Origin: Octopus vulgaris
Taxonomy: Eukaryota
Assembly: GCA_951406725.2 (NCBI GenBank)
Contig: OX597814.1
Span: forward strand, 207,700,001 to 207,764,000
DNA length: 64,000 nt
Direction of reading: 5' to 3'
Both the position numbers and the translations under genes were made by a program. Shown piece after piece: positions 24,043-37,330 of this stretch. A model generated the notes under the pieces. It made no database searches. It was given only the letters and a program-made list of their open reading frames with translations, and was not told where the DNA came from. Every line of letters starts with the position of its first letter. Position 1 is the stretch's first letter.

Positions 24043-26221
24043 TTAAACTTGCCATTTCAGGCCCAAATATTCTACTTATTTTATTCGAAATGGCTGGATC
24101 TGGTTTCTCACATCTATCCTACAATGTCATTCTAAAATAAATAATCACATCATTGGAATCACAAAGCTACAAGATAGGGCAAGGTTAATTCAAAACAAGG
24201 TGAATAAATAAACATTACATTTGACTGAGTAATCTCAATGTTAACAGGTTAATTCAGGCTTCAGTTTGAAGTATTTGGTCATATAGAATACCCCATAGCT
24301 ATTACTTTGCAAACTAGTTTGAGTTGGTAGCATTTACTATATTTTCACTAATTGTTTTAGGGGTTGGTTTAATTGTCAATTTTGTCTTATTGCAAAGATC
24401 AACTTTGCTCTTACTGCCTTTCATCATTTTGAGGTTGATAATATAAAGTAATAATCAACTACTAAGGTCAGTGATATCAACTAATTCTCTCTCCCAAATT
24501 TTAGACTTGGTGCCTGTACTAAAAACAGTTATTAGTAAGGCAGTGGCTGGCATATAGAGAGGAACAAATATAAATCTTTGCTGACAGTCTCTCTGCATTT
24601 TATGAATTCAGGTCCCTCTAGTTTAACTTTTTCTCTTCTGGGGGATGACTCCATAAAATAAATGCCAACCATGTACTGACATCAATCTCATTGACTATAT
24701 TCTTTCTCTTCCAAAATGTCTGTCCTTATACCTATATTGAAAAGCTATTATTAATTAATTATGATTATAAGCTGTTATTATAATTCCATAAATTTGGAAA
24801 TGTGTCGGTGGAGAAAGGACCATGAAAATTGTTGATTTCCTTAAGAATTTTTCTCAAAATTTCTGTCTTGTGTTTTTTGTGATGTGTGTAACATACATGC
24901 ATACAGGTGTGGTTTTGGGTTGTCCCACTGTGTTGCACCTTGAGCAAGTGTTTTCTACTATAGCCCTGTGCTGATCAAAGCCTTATAAGGTAGATTTGGT
25001 AGAGAAACTGAAAGAAGCCCATCATGTGTGTGTGTGTGTGTGTGTACACCATTGGTTTGGCATTATGTTTTTGAATATCACCACTATACAAGCAATATTC
25101 ATTTCCAGTCTTCCAGAAACATGTCTAGCCATAGGAAATATTATCTTGCTTGGAAACAGTAAGGATTGGCAATAGAAAGGGTATTTGACTGTAGAAAATC
25201 TGCCTCAGCAAATTCCATCTAATCCATGCAAGCATGGAAAAATAGACTTTAAATGATGATGATGATGATAGTATATAAAATTTAAAGTACTTTTGTTAGT
25301 GTGAGACACCACTTATTATTCCCAAGTGGTCCATAAATATGTTTTCGAAATTTTCAATTCATGTGTAGATTTTATTTTATTTCAGAAATGTAAGTTAAAA
25401 CTGAATCAAAAAGAAAACAAAATGATTTTCAATTCCATTTTTTTTTTAATTTACTTATTTATTTATTGTTAACCTGTTAATGTTTCAATAGTCTGAAATC
25501 TCATTTACTTTCTGAAGATTAAGAAGTAAGTAGTTTGGTATGTCCAACTTATTTCCACTGAGAGTAAAAGCTGTTGTCATCAATTAAACCCTTAACTGAC
25601 AGAAAGCAAAGCTACAAGTGACAGCCATTTTTAAGGAGGGAGAAGTTCTTAAAAGTTAGTTAAGTACAATGTTATCATTTTTGTCATCAGCTTCTTCCTT
25701 TGTTTCTTCGGTACTATTATTATTATTTTTTTTTTTTCCCCCTCATAATAGTATTATTTTGTGAAATTTTTGCTGCTTGGCACTGCGCATCTCTTTCTGT
25801 TGTTCTGTCAAGCGAGAGAAAACCAAGTTTGGCAAAATAGCAGCAACAGAAAAGTTGCTGATCAAACAATTGAAGAACAAAATTTAACAAAGTATGATAA
25901 GGAGTGGTTTTAATGGTGACATTTTTCTGCATTACCATGCAGTCATGCCTGATTTCTAGCTTTTGGCAGATGAGAAAGTGTGTGTGTGTATGTGTGTCTA
26001 ATTCAGAGTGGTGATGGGTTTGGAGAACAGAGATAATGGTAACTACATGCGGCTGAAGATGAAGTTTGTGTTCTCATAAACTGACAGTTAAAGACACTTG
26101 GAAGTGCAAGTGTTTAAACATGATTTCATTATTCCTTGTGAAAAGCCAGAGTCATACAAGTAGAAAATGAAAAAAAAATTGCACAATGGAGAAATACTTT
26201 CTTGGCATTAGTTTGCTTATG

Positions 26222-26267
<46 letters not shown>

Positions 26268-26329
26268 GGGTTGGGGTTGAGAGGGAGAGAGTGGTCTGTA
26301 TTTACACATGTTTATATGAATGTATATTA

Positions 26330-26360
<31 letters not shown>

Positions 26361-26717
26361 ATTTTGTGTTTGTATTTGTATTTTGTACTTGTGTTTATAT
26401 TATGTTTTTATGTACACACACGCATATTTTCAGTTTACAAATGGGAGAGTAAAATACTCAACGTACAGCAAAGCCTTGTGAATGGGTTTGATGGACAAAA
26501 GCTGAAAGAAGCCCATCATATGTGTGTGTGTGTCAGCACTGCTTGACAACCAGTGTTGGTTTGTTTACAACCCCACTTACTTAGCAGTTGAGTAAAAGAG
26601 ATCGATATAATAAGTACCAAGTTTAAAATTTATATAAATTCATTTGACTAAATTCTTCAGGGTGGTGCTCCAGCATGGCCTCAGTCTAATGACTGAAACA
26701 AGTAAAAGAATGAAAGA

Positions 26718-26763
<46 letters not shown>

Positions 26764-26822
26764 TAGACTGAAAGAGATAACAAATCCAAGGCTGTGAGGA
26801 GTTTTCAGGACATTATAATGAA

Positions 26823-26876
26823 ACAGTCTAACAGCTGTTTCTGGGATATTATGAAAACCCCTTCATCAGAGACGGT
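26823..26876 (-). ncRNA. Minimal type I hammerhead ribozyme motif in a Penelope-like remnant (about 26765-27130)
   Basis: ACCGTCT-CTGATGA-AGGGG..CCCA-GAAA-CAGCTG-TT-AGACTGT: stem I 6/7 pairs, intact core, palindromic stem III. Confidence 0.6.
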
Positions 26877-27130
26877 GTAAGAAAATATTTGAGTTCGAAT
26901 TATTGTGAAAGAGATACGGAATATAGAGGGAAATAAGAGAATGAAAGTTGAAATAAGATATATAAAGATGTTGTGGTTGCAGTTCAATTATTTGAGGAAA
27001 ATGGTGTATAGAGGTGGTAAAAAAGGTTTCCTGTACATGGTGTGTAAGTTCCAATAGCAGTTCATATTTAGTCATTTCAGAGCATGAAGCTGTGGAATCA
27101 GTATTGGTCATTCAAAAGGGTTTTGTGGTG

Positions 27131-27171
<41 letters not shown>

Positions 27172-27173
<2 letters not shown>

Positions 27174-27549
27174 GTGGCACTCCATCAGTTATGACAACGA
27201 GGGTTCCAGTTGATATGATCAACGGAACAGCTTGCTCATGAAATTAACGTGCAAGTGGCTGAGCATTCCACAGACACGTGTACCCTTAACATAGTTCTCG
27301 GGGATTCAGCATGACAGAGAGTGTGACAAGGCTGGCCCTTTGAAATACAGGTACAACAGAAACAGGAAGATAGAGTGAGAGAAAGTTGTGGTGAAAGAGT
27401 ACAGCAGGGTTCGCTACAATCCCCTACCAGAGCTTCATGGAGCTTTAGGTGTTTTTGCTCATTAAACACTCACAACGCCCGGTCTGGAAATCGAAGCCAC
27501 GATCCTACAACCGTGAGTCCGCTGCCCTAACCACTGGGCCATTGTGCCT

Positions 27550-27552
<3 letters not shown>
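27172..27552 (-). mobile_element. SINE family B variant with alternative 3' half
   Basis: Shares ~190-nt head with 18752/47474 copies, then unrelated body; in (TA)n. Confidence 0.75.
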
Positions 27553-27590
<38 letters not shown>

Positions 27591-28948
27591 CAGATTTTAG
27601 TCAGTAGAAGCTAACTTAACACCTCTGTGTGTGTGTATGTGCACATGATGGATTCTCTTCCATTGACTTTGATATACATGGGTCCAGTCATTTGATCAAT
27701 CAATTACCCACTTATTGTATTAGCATGCAAGTGGTTGAACATTCTACAAATATGTATACCCTTAACAAAATTCTCAGGTAGAATCAGTGCAAAACAGCAT
27801 GACAAAACTGAGCCTTTGAATTTGCAGGTCATCTCACTGCCTTCTACACTGTTTCCATCTATCCAAATTCATTCAAAAGGTTTGGTTACCTGAGGCTCTG
27901 GTAAAGATGCCATGCAGTGGAATTGAACCCATGAAGTGTGGTTCTTATTCACTGAACCAAATCTGCATCCAGGTGTGCAATGCATGCTATCAAAGTGACA
28001 CTGGGGTACAAATATATGAAGCCCAATATACCCATCTTGACTACCCGTCTGATAAGGGTACACCAGGCACATACATCACAACCATATGTGTGTGACATGG
28101 TGACCTTGTATCAAGGTAAACAAATATATTATTCTTTTATCAGTCATGCTTCGGCACCACTTTCAAGATTTTAGTCCAGTACTTATTTCAGTTTGATATT
28201 AAAAAGCAAAATATCAACAGCCAAGCCCCTTGCTACAGACACTGGAGAAACGTCAACAGTATAACAGACTTCGATTTTGTTTTGACCAATCAAGTACTGT
28301 ACGTCTCTGTCTATCTGGCTGACTAGTTGTCTATATGTTTATCTTGATACAAAGTCACCATGTCACACACATATGGTTGTGATGCATGTGCCTGGTGTAC
28401 TCTTGTCAGACGGGTAGTCATGATGGGTATATTGGCCTTCGTATACTTGTATCCCAGTGTCACTTTGGCATGCATTGCTCTCTCACTCAATAATAATAAT
28501 AATAATAAAAGTAAATAAAAACATTCCCAAAGCACAACAGCAATGTTGGCCAATTATCTTTGTTGCTGTTTATGGTGTATTACTAAAAAACCATAACAAA
28601 TCGTAAGACGCTGTAGATTTCCTATGGTAATATAGATATAAAATGATGGTGATGAAACAAAGTTTGCGCAATGGGAATTTGCAACAGCGACGAAAAAATA
28701 AGTCTTACTTACTTTTTAGTTTTGTTAACTTGAGAAATGGCAATTGAACTAATAATGTTCTTTGCCTACATTCCCCCACTTTTCATGAGTATTGTATAAA
28801 CCGTATATAATACAACACATTGATTGTAGACACATATAGAAACTGTAGACAGCATAGAGAGGTCGTAAGATATATATATATATATATATTTTTATATAAT
28901 ACTTTATATATAATACTTTTACAGAGTTTGTAAAATGATATATATATG

Positions 28949-28986
<38 letters not shown>

Positions 28987-29268
28987 CTCTTCATTGATTT
29001 TTGGCAATAAATTCCCACAAGAGTACATTGCTGGATTTATTTTTCTTTCCTTGCCTTAGATTACTATTTTTCTTTTGTGTCAGCATTTGGAAGAAGTTTT
29101 TTGGAATGGGTCTTCCTCCTAAATATTGTATCAGAAGGTGTGTGTGTGTGTGTGTGCACGCATGTGCACATACATGTCTATGTATGTATTTTTCTTGCAA
29201 TATATATTTTAAAGGAATCAAACTTTTCCCCCCCTCTCTTCCTCTCCCAGCCCTGTGGTTGACAGCTA

Positions 29269-29674
29269 TTACTCTTTTACTCTTTTACTTGTTTCAGTCA
29301 TTTGACTGTGGCCATGCTGGAGCAACGCCTTTAGTCGAGCAAATCGACCCCGGGACTTATTCTTTGTAAGCCCAGTACTTATTCTATCGATCTCTTTTGC
29401 CGAACCGCTAAGTGACGGGGACGTAAACTCACCAGCATCGGTTGTCAAGCAATGCTAGGGGGACAAACACAGACACACAAACACATATACACACATATAT
29501 ATACATATATATGACAGGCTTCTTTCAGTTTCCGTCTACCAAATCCTCTCACAAGGCATTGGTCGGCCCGGGGCTATAGCAGAAGACACTTGCCCAAGAT
29601 GCCACGCAGTGGGACTGAACCCGGAACCATGCGGTTGGTTAGCAAGCTACTTACCACACAGCCACTCCTGCACC
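29269..29674 (-). mobile_element. SINE family A
   Basis: Full-length reverse-complement copy. Confidence 0.85.
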
Positions 29675-30242
29675 TACGTCGCTTTATTTTTCTTCATTTC
29701 TTCTATTATTACAATTATACAGAATCTATTCACTCCTGTGGTATAAGTTTCATAATGGAATGGTTATTTTGCTTCCTCAGCTTCCCTACAACGCTTACTG
29801 CATCATTCTCCCTTTTCTGCACTCTCTTCCCATCACCATTCATTTGAAACAATTAATACTCTGCTATCAGTGACTCAAACTCTTCCACACTTGCCATCAC
29901 AGTAAAGGAATTTTGATGACTTGCTGTCATGTGACCTCAGTAAATTCTAAACTAGGAGGTCAAGGAAAGTGTATTGAGAAGATAACAAAAAGAAATGTGT
30001 AGAAAGAAGAGAGAAACCATAAATTATTGATGAGACAGATAATTTTGCATATAATGGTAATGTAACGATTATTATGGTAATGATGATGATGATGATGATG
30101 ATGATCGTCATCATCATTGCTTCTTGAAAGTATTTTCATTAATATAATACCTGACTTATTGTGTAACTTGATAATGCTAGTTTATCAATTAGAAACCTTA
30201 ACAATAACTTTGAGATATAATTTTTAATGTGTGTGTGTGTGG

Positions 30243-30286
<44 letters not shown>

Positions 30287-30670
30287 ATGCATACACATAT
30301 ATACACAGACATATATACTCATGCATGTATGCTCACACACAAATATATTGTTTCCTTATTGAAAGTGCAAACAATATAATATATAAAATATACTATATAT
30401 GATTTATATTTTTTAATTCTGAAATGCATCATGTTTTTAACCAAATATTTAGTATTATTTCTGTACTTATTTGATAACACACACACACATACACACACTC
30501 ATATATTTTGCTGTATAAACATGTAAGAGAGAATTCAATATATGTGGATGAGTTTACTTGTTCAAATTTTATTGCAGTTGAGATACGTGTGTTCGTTCAG
30601 GCAGTGTGTGTATGTGTGAAGGTGTATTTGTAGATATGTATGTATGTGTATAGACGTATGTATGTATATA

Positions 30671-31082
30671 GGCGTAGGAGTGGCTGTGTGGTAAGTAGCT
30701 TGCTTACCAACCACACGGTTCCGGGTTCAGTCCCACTGCGTGGCACCTTGGGCAAGTGTCTTCTACTATAGCCTCGGGCCGACCAAAGCCTTGTGAGTGG
30801 ATTTGGTAGACGGAAACTGAAAGAAGCCCGTTGTATATATATATATATATATATGTGTATATATGTGTGTGTGTTTGTCCCCCCCCCCCCCCAACATCGC
30901 TTGACAACTGATGCTGGTGTGTTTACATCTCCGTAACTTAGCGGTTCGGCAAAAGAGGCCGATAGAATAAGTACTAGGCTTACAAAGAATAAGTCCTGGG
31001 GTCGATTTGCTAGACTAAAAAGGCGGTGCTCCAGCATGGCCGCAGTCACATGACTGAAACAAGTAAAAGAGTAAAAAAGAGT
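30671..31082 (+). mobile_element. SINE family A
   Basis: Full-length copy; inverted relative to the 29269 copy 1 kb upstream. Confidence 0.85.
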
Positions 31083-31183
31083 ATGTGTGTATATTCATAC
31101 CTGCATGTATTTGTGTGTTTGACTGTATGTCTTCACATTGACACCATCATCATCATTTTTTCTTTTATAAAGAACCCGGAAGT

Positions 31184-31626
31184 TTGACATGTGAAAGCCA
31201 GTGGAATAAGAGCCTTAGTTGAAAACCAAACTAAAAGTTGGTAACAAAAAGGACATCCAGCCATAGAATGTTGCCTCAAGAAGTCTTGTCCAACTCATAC
31301 CCTTAACCTTTTCGATACCAACCCGGCCGAAACCACCTCTTTGTTATATATAAAATAATTGAAAGAAACACAGAGCATCTCAAAATAAATACAGTAATGA
31401 AAGCTTGACATGTGAAAGCCAGTAGAATAAGAGCCTTAGTTGAAAACCAAACTAAAAGTTGGTGACAAAAAGGACATCCAGCCATAGAATATTGCCTCAA
31501 GAAGTCTTGTCCAACTCATACCCTTAACCTTTTCGATACCAACCCGGCCGAAACCACCTCTTTGTTATATATAAAATAATTGAAAGAAACACAGAGCATC
31601 TCAAAATAAATACGGTAATGAAAGGG
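31184..31626 (+). repeat. 221-nt tandem duplication containing internally deleted MITE 1
   Basis: 31184-31404 and 31405-31625 are near-identical. Confidence 0.9.
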
Positions 31627-31630
31627 TTAA

Positions 31631-31851
31631 CCCTTTCGATACCAACCCGGCTGAAACCGCCTCTGGCTCCGTAGTATAAATGTCTTGTTTTCATAAGTTT
31701 TGAATTAAAATCTTTCACCAAACCTTAGTCATGATTTATGTTCCTAACACTAGCTTAATGATAACTAAGTTATTTTACTAAATTCTTTGTTATATATAAA
31801 ATAATTGAAAGAAACACAGAGCATCTCAAAATAAATACACTAACAAAAGGG
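31631..31851 (+). mobile_element. piggyBac-type MITE 1, complete
   Basis: TTAA|CCCTTT...AAAGGG|TTAA, 221 nt. Confidence 0.85.
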
Positions 31852-32255
31852 TTAACCAAAATTTGTTGTGGTGGTGGTGGTGGTTACAGTGGTGATGGTG
31901 ACAGTTCCTCAAAAATAAGATGGTTGTTGTTTCATTTAGGAGAGCTACAAACCCAGTCCAGTGTAAAATAATAGGATCTTCAGAAGATACAGCATTTCTG
32001 GATTGTAGCACAAATTCCCATTCCAACCCCTTCCATGCTGCTTCAAGTTCATAAACTGTAATATTCTGTATTATTTTACATTGTACAGTGAAAGTAGTAT
32101 TTAGCTTTAAATGCCTTCTGTGACAAAAAATTGGTGAAATTCAAGCTTTGTAACTAAATGTTTCTGAATTGCCAGAAGTAATCAAAGAGTGATTCCATGC
32201 TGTTGTCATTGAGCCCCAGATCAGCTCTGACTGTGTGGCGCTATGCTATGCTTAA

Positions 32256-32649
32256 CCCTTTAGCATTCAAATTTCTCTATCAAATATAATGCTTCTTTAT
32301 TTGCATTGTTTCAAATTAATCTTGCACCATTTCATAGTTTCAAGATTTAAATGATGTGACTGTTCATTTTTAGAATGACATGGTAGAGTAGGTGTAAGTT
32401 GGTAACAAAAAGGACATCCAGCCATAGAATATTGCCTCAAGAAGTCTTGTCCAACTCATACTTTAACCCTTTCGATGCCAACCCGGCTGAAACCGCCTCT
32501 GGCTCTGTAGTATAAATGTCTTGTTTTCATAAGTTTTGAATTAAAATCTTCCACCAAATCTTAGTCACAATTTATGTAGATCTGGCTGGTTTAAACATAA
32601 ATCAAGTAGAATATTTGAGCTTGATATGCTTGGTTTGAATGTTAAAGAA
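32256..32649 (+). mobile_element. piggyBac-type MITE 2 carrying a 182-nt insertion
   Basis: TTAA|CCCTTTAGC start; aligns to 34165 copy except for insert 32396-32577. Confidence 0.7.
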
Positions 32650-33338
32650 TTAAAGATGTTTCAGTTGTGATCATACCTCCTTTTCTTTTCCTATTTCTCA
32701 AGCATAAGTATACTTAGGATTACATCATCCAATGTGTCTATTTTTATAAGATGGTCGGTTGTAATTTTGACAGAGATTTAGTTGTTACTTCTAACAGGTC
32801 AAGTAACAATGTAGAGACTGGTTGGTACAATATTTACAAGTTGATGTGGTTGTTGGAATTCCAGCCTTGGAACTAAAATTTATTGAATTACCAGGATTAG
32901 AGAAGGATTGAACTGAACAAATGTTATTTAGTACTTGGTCAGCTTTGATCAAGAACATTCCAACTATGACTAATCTATCTTTTGTTTCCAAATAGGATAT
33001 CTAGGATTGCATTATCTATTGTGTCTTTTAAGTTGTTTTTGGGGTTTTTTTAAGACAATTATAGGATGTGATTTGAGGAAAATTTAGTTGTTATTTCTAG
33101 TAGGTCAAATAACTGCATTGAATCATCTTCAGTGTTTCATTTAATTAATTGACTTTGCGTTTGTTAAAAAGCTTTTGTGGTTACATTAACATCATAAATT
33201 TATTTGCATTATAATGTTTAAATGTCAGCAAGAGATATATATATGTGTGTGTATGTTTTTTTCTCTCCACTTGTGTTCTCTCTCTCTCTCTCTCTTCCTC
33301 CCTCTCTCTCTCCCCCTCTCTCTCTCTTTCCCTCTCTT

Positions 33339-33375
<37 letters not shown>

Positions 33376-34164
33376 CCATTAAATATAGATAATATTTTTC
33401 TTAGTTCTTTGTACTGAAAATGTTAACTACCGTATGATGGATGTGCTTGAAGTAAAAGTTGACATATTCATATTTTGATTAAGAGGGGAAGTGTATTGAT
33501 GATTGTGGATGTGTTTGTTTAAGAATGCACTTGAATGCGCTTGTGAACGTGCACGTGTGTTTGCACTTGTTTATATTAGTAACATGAGTTATTGAAAGGT
33601 AGTATGATTATCGTATGGGTGCCTACAAACGAAAAAAAACCTTTGGACAAAGCAAACAAGCATTATGTAAATGATGGAGAAAAGTCTCACCTTGAACACA
33701 ATAGCAAAGATCTATGACAAACCGATTCCTTGTCAGAGCTAAATGAATGATTCATAACTGATTGTCTTTTCTAACTGTTGTTTCCATCCAAACCCCATTT
33801 GATACCAGTCCTTAGACTATATCTGTCTAGTTCTGTGATAGAAAACTTTTCTTAAAGTATTCATATTCAACTTGAAATTTTTCCTCGTAATTTTATCTAA
33901 GAACTTTTTGTTATGTTTCACATACCAGCTTAATATACTCATAGGAGGTTCTATGTCATTGCTCTGCCTGCTAGAAATAGCAATCCCATCTCTCAAATCT
34001 CATCCTGCCATCTTAAAAAAAAAAAAAGGATATGTTTGATATCAGGAATGGCATCCGGCTGTAGAAACCATGTCAAAGCAAACACTGGAGCTTGGCACAG
34101 TCCTGGGGCTCACCAGCTTCTGTCATACCATCCAACCTGTGCCAGCATGGAAAATAGACATTAA

Positions 34165-34383
34165 CCCTTTAGTGTTCAGATTATTCTATCAAACATAATG
34201 CCTATTGTTTCCCATTGATTTGAATTAATCATGCATTATCTCATATCTTTAAGATCTTGATGGTGTAATTACTTAATGTAGAATAACATTGTAGGGTAGG
34301 TGTGAGGGCCTGGATCTGGTCAGTTTGAACATAAAACAGATGAAATATTTTGGCCGGATATGGCCGGTTTAAATACTAAAGGG
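34165..34383 (+). mobile_element. piggyBac-type MITE 2, complete, inserted in the TTAA of a family D tail
   Basis: TTAA|CCCTTTAGT...ACTAAAGGG|TTAA; host reads GACATTAA/ATGATCATGATG. Confidence 0.85.
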
Positions 34384-35407
34384 TTAAATGATCATGATGG
34401 GTAATGTGGCCTCGGGCTCCCTTTACAGAGGAAAAGGACAAGGTAGCCACAACCAAAAGGTCTTTGATCATAGAGATCTACTTGAACCCAAAATGCTTAT
34501 TGCTTTAATCCCTCAAAATTCTGGATTATTTTTTAATTCAATTGAAACCAAGGAAGAATGTATTCCATTAGAAATTATGGCAGAAAAGGGTTAAAGTAAA
34601 AAGTAAATATTTTGTAAACCACCACCTCCAAAAAGAAAAGTTAGCACTTAAAAGCAGTTTTTGGCATCAAGCAGATAGTTATCCAACCATTTCACTTCTA
34701 CATAAATTGCTGTACTGTGACAAAAAGACAATGAAGTGATTAGGCCATATTTACAATGGTTTTACTCCACAAAAATGCATCCTCTACTAATGATGTTTTA
34801 GAAGACACATGTGATCTGCATCACTTAAATAAACCACCTCAAACATATAATAGCTATTCCTTTAACATAAATAAATGGCACTGTCCCAGCATGGCCATAA
34901 TGTGCTTCTTTGAAGCAGTAAAAATAAATAATGCTTTAATCAGCAAGTATAACTAGAAATGTTATTAGACATTATAGCACCAATCTGAGACACACATCCA
35001 CAGATGTTTATTAGATAATAAAAAAAATAATGTAGAAATAAAATTACAGAAAGCAATAATTTTTCATGAACTGTTTGGACTCTATACTGAAAATGTGATT
35101 TTCATGACTCTAAAACATTTGAGTGGTATTATTTAAAAGTCTATAAAAAAAAATTCTTGCTGAGTGGTTGAGAGGCTTGCTCCCCAAACGTGTGGTCTTG
35201 AGTTCAGTCCTGTTGCATGGCAGTATAGATTGATTTCCATTGATTTTTTTCCCTCCTTTATATATAGAGTCAACACAAGAGCAGAAAGGAATCCCACAAA
35301 ACATTTTTTATTCATTTCTCTCATACTACTACTACTACTACTACTGATGATGATTATGATGATTAAATAAATAAATAAATTATTATTATTACTATTATTA
35401 TTATTAT

Positions 35408-35990
35408 TCAGCCTGAAATTTGGGGGGAGGGAAATAGATGATTACATTGACCCCAGTGCATTACTGGCATTTATCTCATCAACACCGAAAGGATGCAAGG
35501 CAAAGTCAACCTCAGTGGAATTTAAACTCAGATCATAAAAACAGTCAAGATTCCACTAAACATTTTGTCCAGTGTGCTAACAATTCTGCCACTTTATCAC
35601 CTTAATAATAATAATGATGATGATGATGATGATGATAATAATCCTTTCTCCTAGAGGCACAAGCCCTGAAATTTTGTGGGAGGGGACTAGTTGATTACAT
35701 CAACCACAGTTTCACTAGTACTTAATTTATCGATCCCAAAAGGATGAAAGGCAAAGTTGACCTCGGTGGAATTTGAACTCAAATGGTAATGGTTTAAAAT
35801 TTTGGCACAAGGCCAGTAATTTTAAGAGAGTAGTTTAGTTGATTACATTAACCTCGGTACTTGACTGGTACTTTATTTTATTAACCTCAAAAGGACAAAG
35901 GGCAAAGTTGATTTTAGTGGAATTTGAAATCAGAACATAAAGAGCCAGAAGAAGCATTTTGTGACATGCTAATGATTCTGCCAGCTCAGC
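35408..35990 (-). mobile_element. Cluster of about three SINE family C copies
   Basis: Same motifs as 7275 cluster, separated by TAA/TGA repeats. Confidence 0.7.
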
Positions 35991-36875
35991 GAAACACGAA
36001 AATACATCGCATCATCATTATCATTAGAATTTATTTAATTATTTGAATGAGTCAGGATGTTCTGCTAAAAACATCCTGTCTTTCTCCATTTTCTGCATCA
36101 TTATATCTCTTTTAAGGGTGTGCAACATTTTATCTAAGTTTTTATCCGGGTTCTCATACTTGGTCTTTCTGGTCTGAGTCTGTCTAGGGCTTATTCCAAA
36201 AAGTGTTTTCTACAAAGCTAAATGGTTTATTATCAGATGGTGTGTGGTGAAGTGTATGATTAACTTTGGCCTGATTTGTACTCTTGTTACCGGCTACAAC
36301 ACTATTTCTCAATCCTCACCTCCATCCCCTGTGTTTTTTATATCTATATCTCACACTCCTGTTTGATTTTCCCCACAAAAATGTATTCCTCAACATGAAT
36401 GAACAAAGCATATTTTTACTCAAAGAAATTTTTAATTAAAACTTCATTTCATATTTCATTCACTTTTTACTTACATCCCGTTCTGAAAAAACCATGCCAC
36501 ATCATAATATTACTATGCCTCTCTAGTAGGGTTGTGTGCCCCATCTTGAAAAACACCAGTCCAGTCTGCAACAACTACTACTAATACTACTACTAGCAAG
36601 CATACAACTTGTCCATCCTATGGTCTTTCTTGCTCCATTCTCTCCCTCTCCTTACTGAAACACTACCAGCTTTTCTCTCACTTTTTCAAACACCAAACAA
36701 AATTTTGGTCATTCGAAAATTATGTGTATATCTATCTAGACTCTTGTGTCATTGTCTTTCATTGTCAAAGAAAGTTTGAAACTTTAAGAAAGTTAATGGT
36801 GTAATCTGCTGTATTGGGGTTCACCTGTGGTTAAACAATAACCCAAAGAAAAAATGTTTTATTAGTACACACGCG

Positions 36876-36921
<46 letters not shown>

Positions 36922-37126
36922 GTCAATCACTTATATAGTTGTCAATCAAATTCAACAATGACCATTTTCAATTGTGGATCCTTTGTTGACAGTATTTCTT
37001 CTTGAAGAGCAGCAACAATGAAAAACTCCACTGCTTGGGCAACTGGAGGATCATATGACTGCTATTACACACTTGAGCATGTGCCCTCATGAGTGAGGAA
37101 GCTACAGGAGTGGTGGTATTCAATAA

Positions 37127-37330
37127 GGTGGCGAGCTGGCAGACACGTTAGCATGCCAGGCAAAATGCTTTGTGGTATTTCGTCCGCTGCTGCGTTCTGA
37201 GTTCAAATTCCGCCGAGGTCGACTTTGCCTTTCATCCTTTCGGGGTCGATGTAATTGACTTAATCCGTTCGTCTGTCCTTGTTTGTCCCCTCTGTGTTTA
37301 GTTCCCTGTGGGTAGTAAAGAAATAGGTAT
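37127..37330 (+). mobile_element. SINE family C
   Basis: GGTGGCGAGCTGGCAGA..GTTCTGAGTTCAAATTCCGCCGAGGTCGACTTTGCCTTTCATCC..GTAAAGAAATAGG. Confidence 0.8.

Noticed and set aside
30597-31049. Recurrent ORFs such as RLPNPLTR..SRRHLPK and LQLDALPNANH as a gene family
   Set aside because: They are translations of SINE families A and D, with indels between copies.
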